A stretch of 63,780 nucleotides of DNA, filler included, from Peribolospora baueri (lineage: Eukaryota): assembly GCA_029717555.1 (NCBI GenBank). It is 3 parts of 3 records of this genome, joined end to end, with 100 filler letters (N's around TTAATTAATTAA, not from the genome) between each part and the next. Parts side by side here need not be neighbours in the genome. Positions count along the whole stretch, not along the records: positions 55,973 to 63,780 come from JAMDHS010000190.1; 2 more parts are not named here. The stretch is one strand, 5' to 3'. Made by a program: the position numbers and the translations under genes. Numbering within the stretch: position 1 is the first letter of the stretch; each line of letters starts with the position of its first letter. Below, in pieces: positions 63,779 through 63,780 of the stretch. The notes under the pieces were generated by a model that saw only the letters and a list, made by a program, of their open reading frames with translations, ran no database searches and was not told the DNA's origin.

Positions 63779-63780
63779 CC

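Overview
Intron-rich, GC-rich fungal genomic DNA (probably a basidiomycete; an inference from gene content and GTGAG...CTGAC...YAG introns). It is three contigs joined by artificial 100-nt spacers (N44-TTAATTAATTAA-N44 at 27951-28050 and 55873-55972), so adjacency across these points is unproven. Recognisable genes: a DUF6533-like membrane protein, Elongin A, a second multi-pass membrane protein, an SDR, APC5, an F-box protein, a three-finger C2H2 factor, shugoshin, HOS3, ALG1, PFS2/WDR33, a GH5 EGCrP/EGH1-type glucosidase, a 2H phosphodiesterase (CPD1-like), the 3' end of condensin BRN1, an AAAP amino acid permease and mitoferrin MRS3/4. There are also decayed transposon relics. The most striking locus (28051-33273) is a tandem duplication carrying two secreted, Kex2-processed repeat-peptide precursors. 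These are predicted to release Gly/Phe-rich peptides ending in GFY, separated by acidic spacers, and they differ in their first peptide and in intron content. The two duplication units also differ by a 73-bp micro-inversion and a 193-bp AT-rich insertion. Exon boundaries were read by eye and some start codons are uncertain. No database searches were run.
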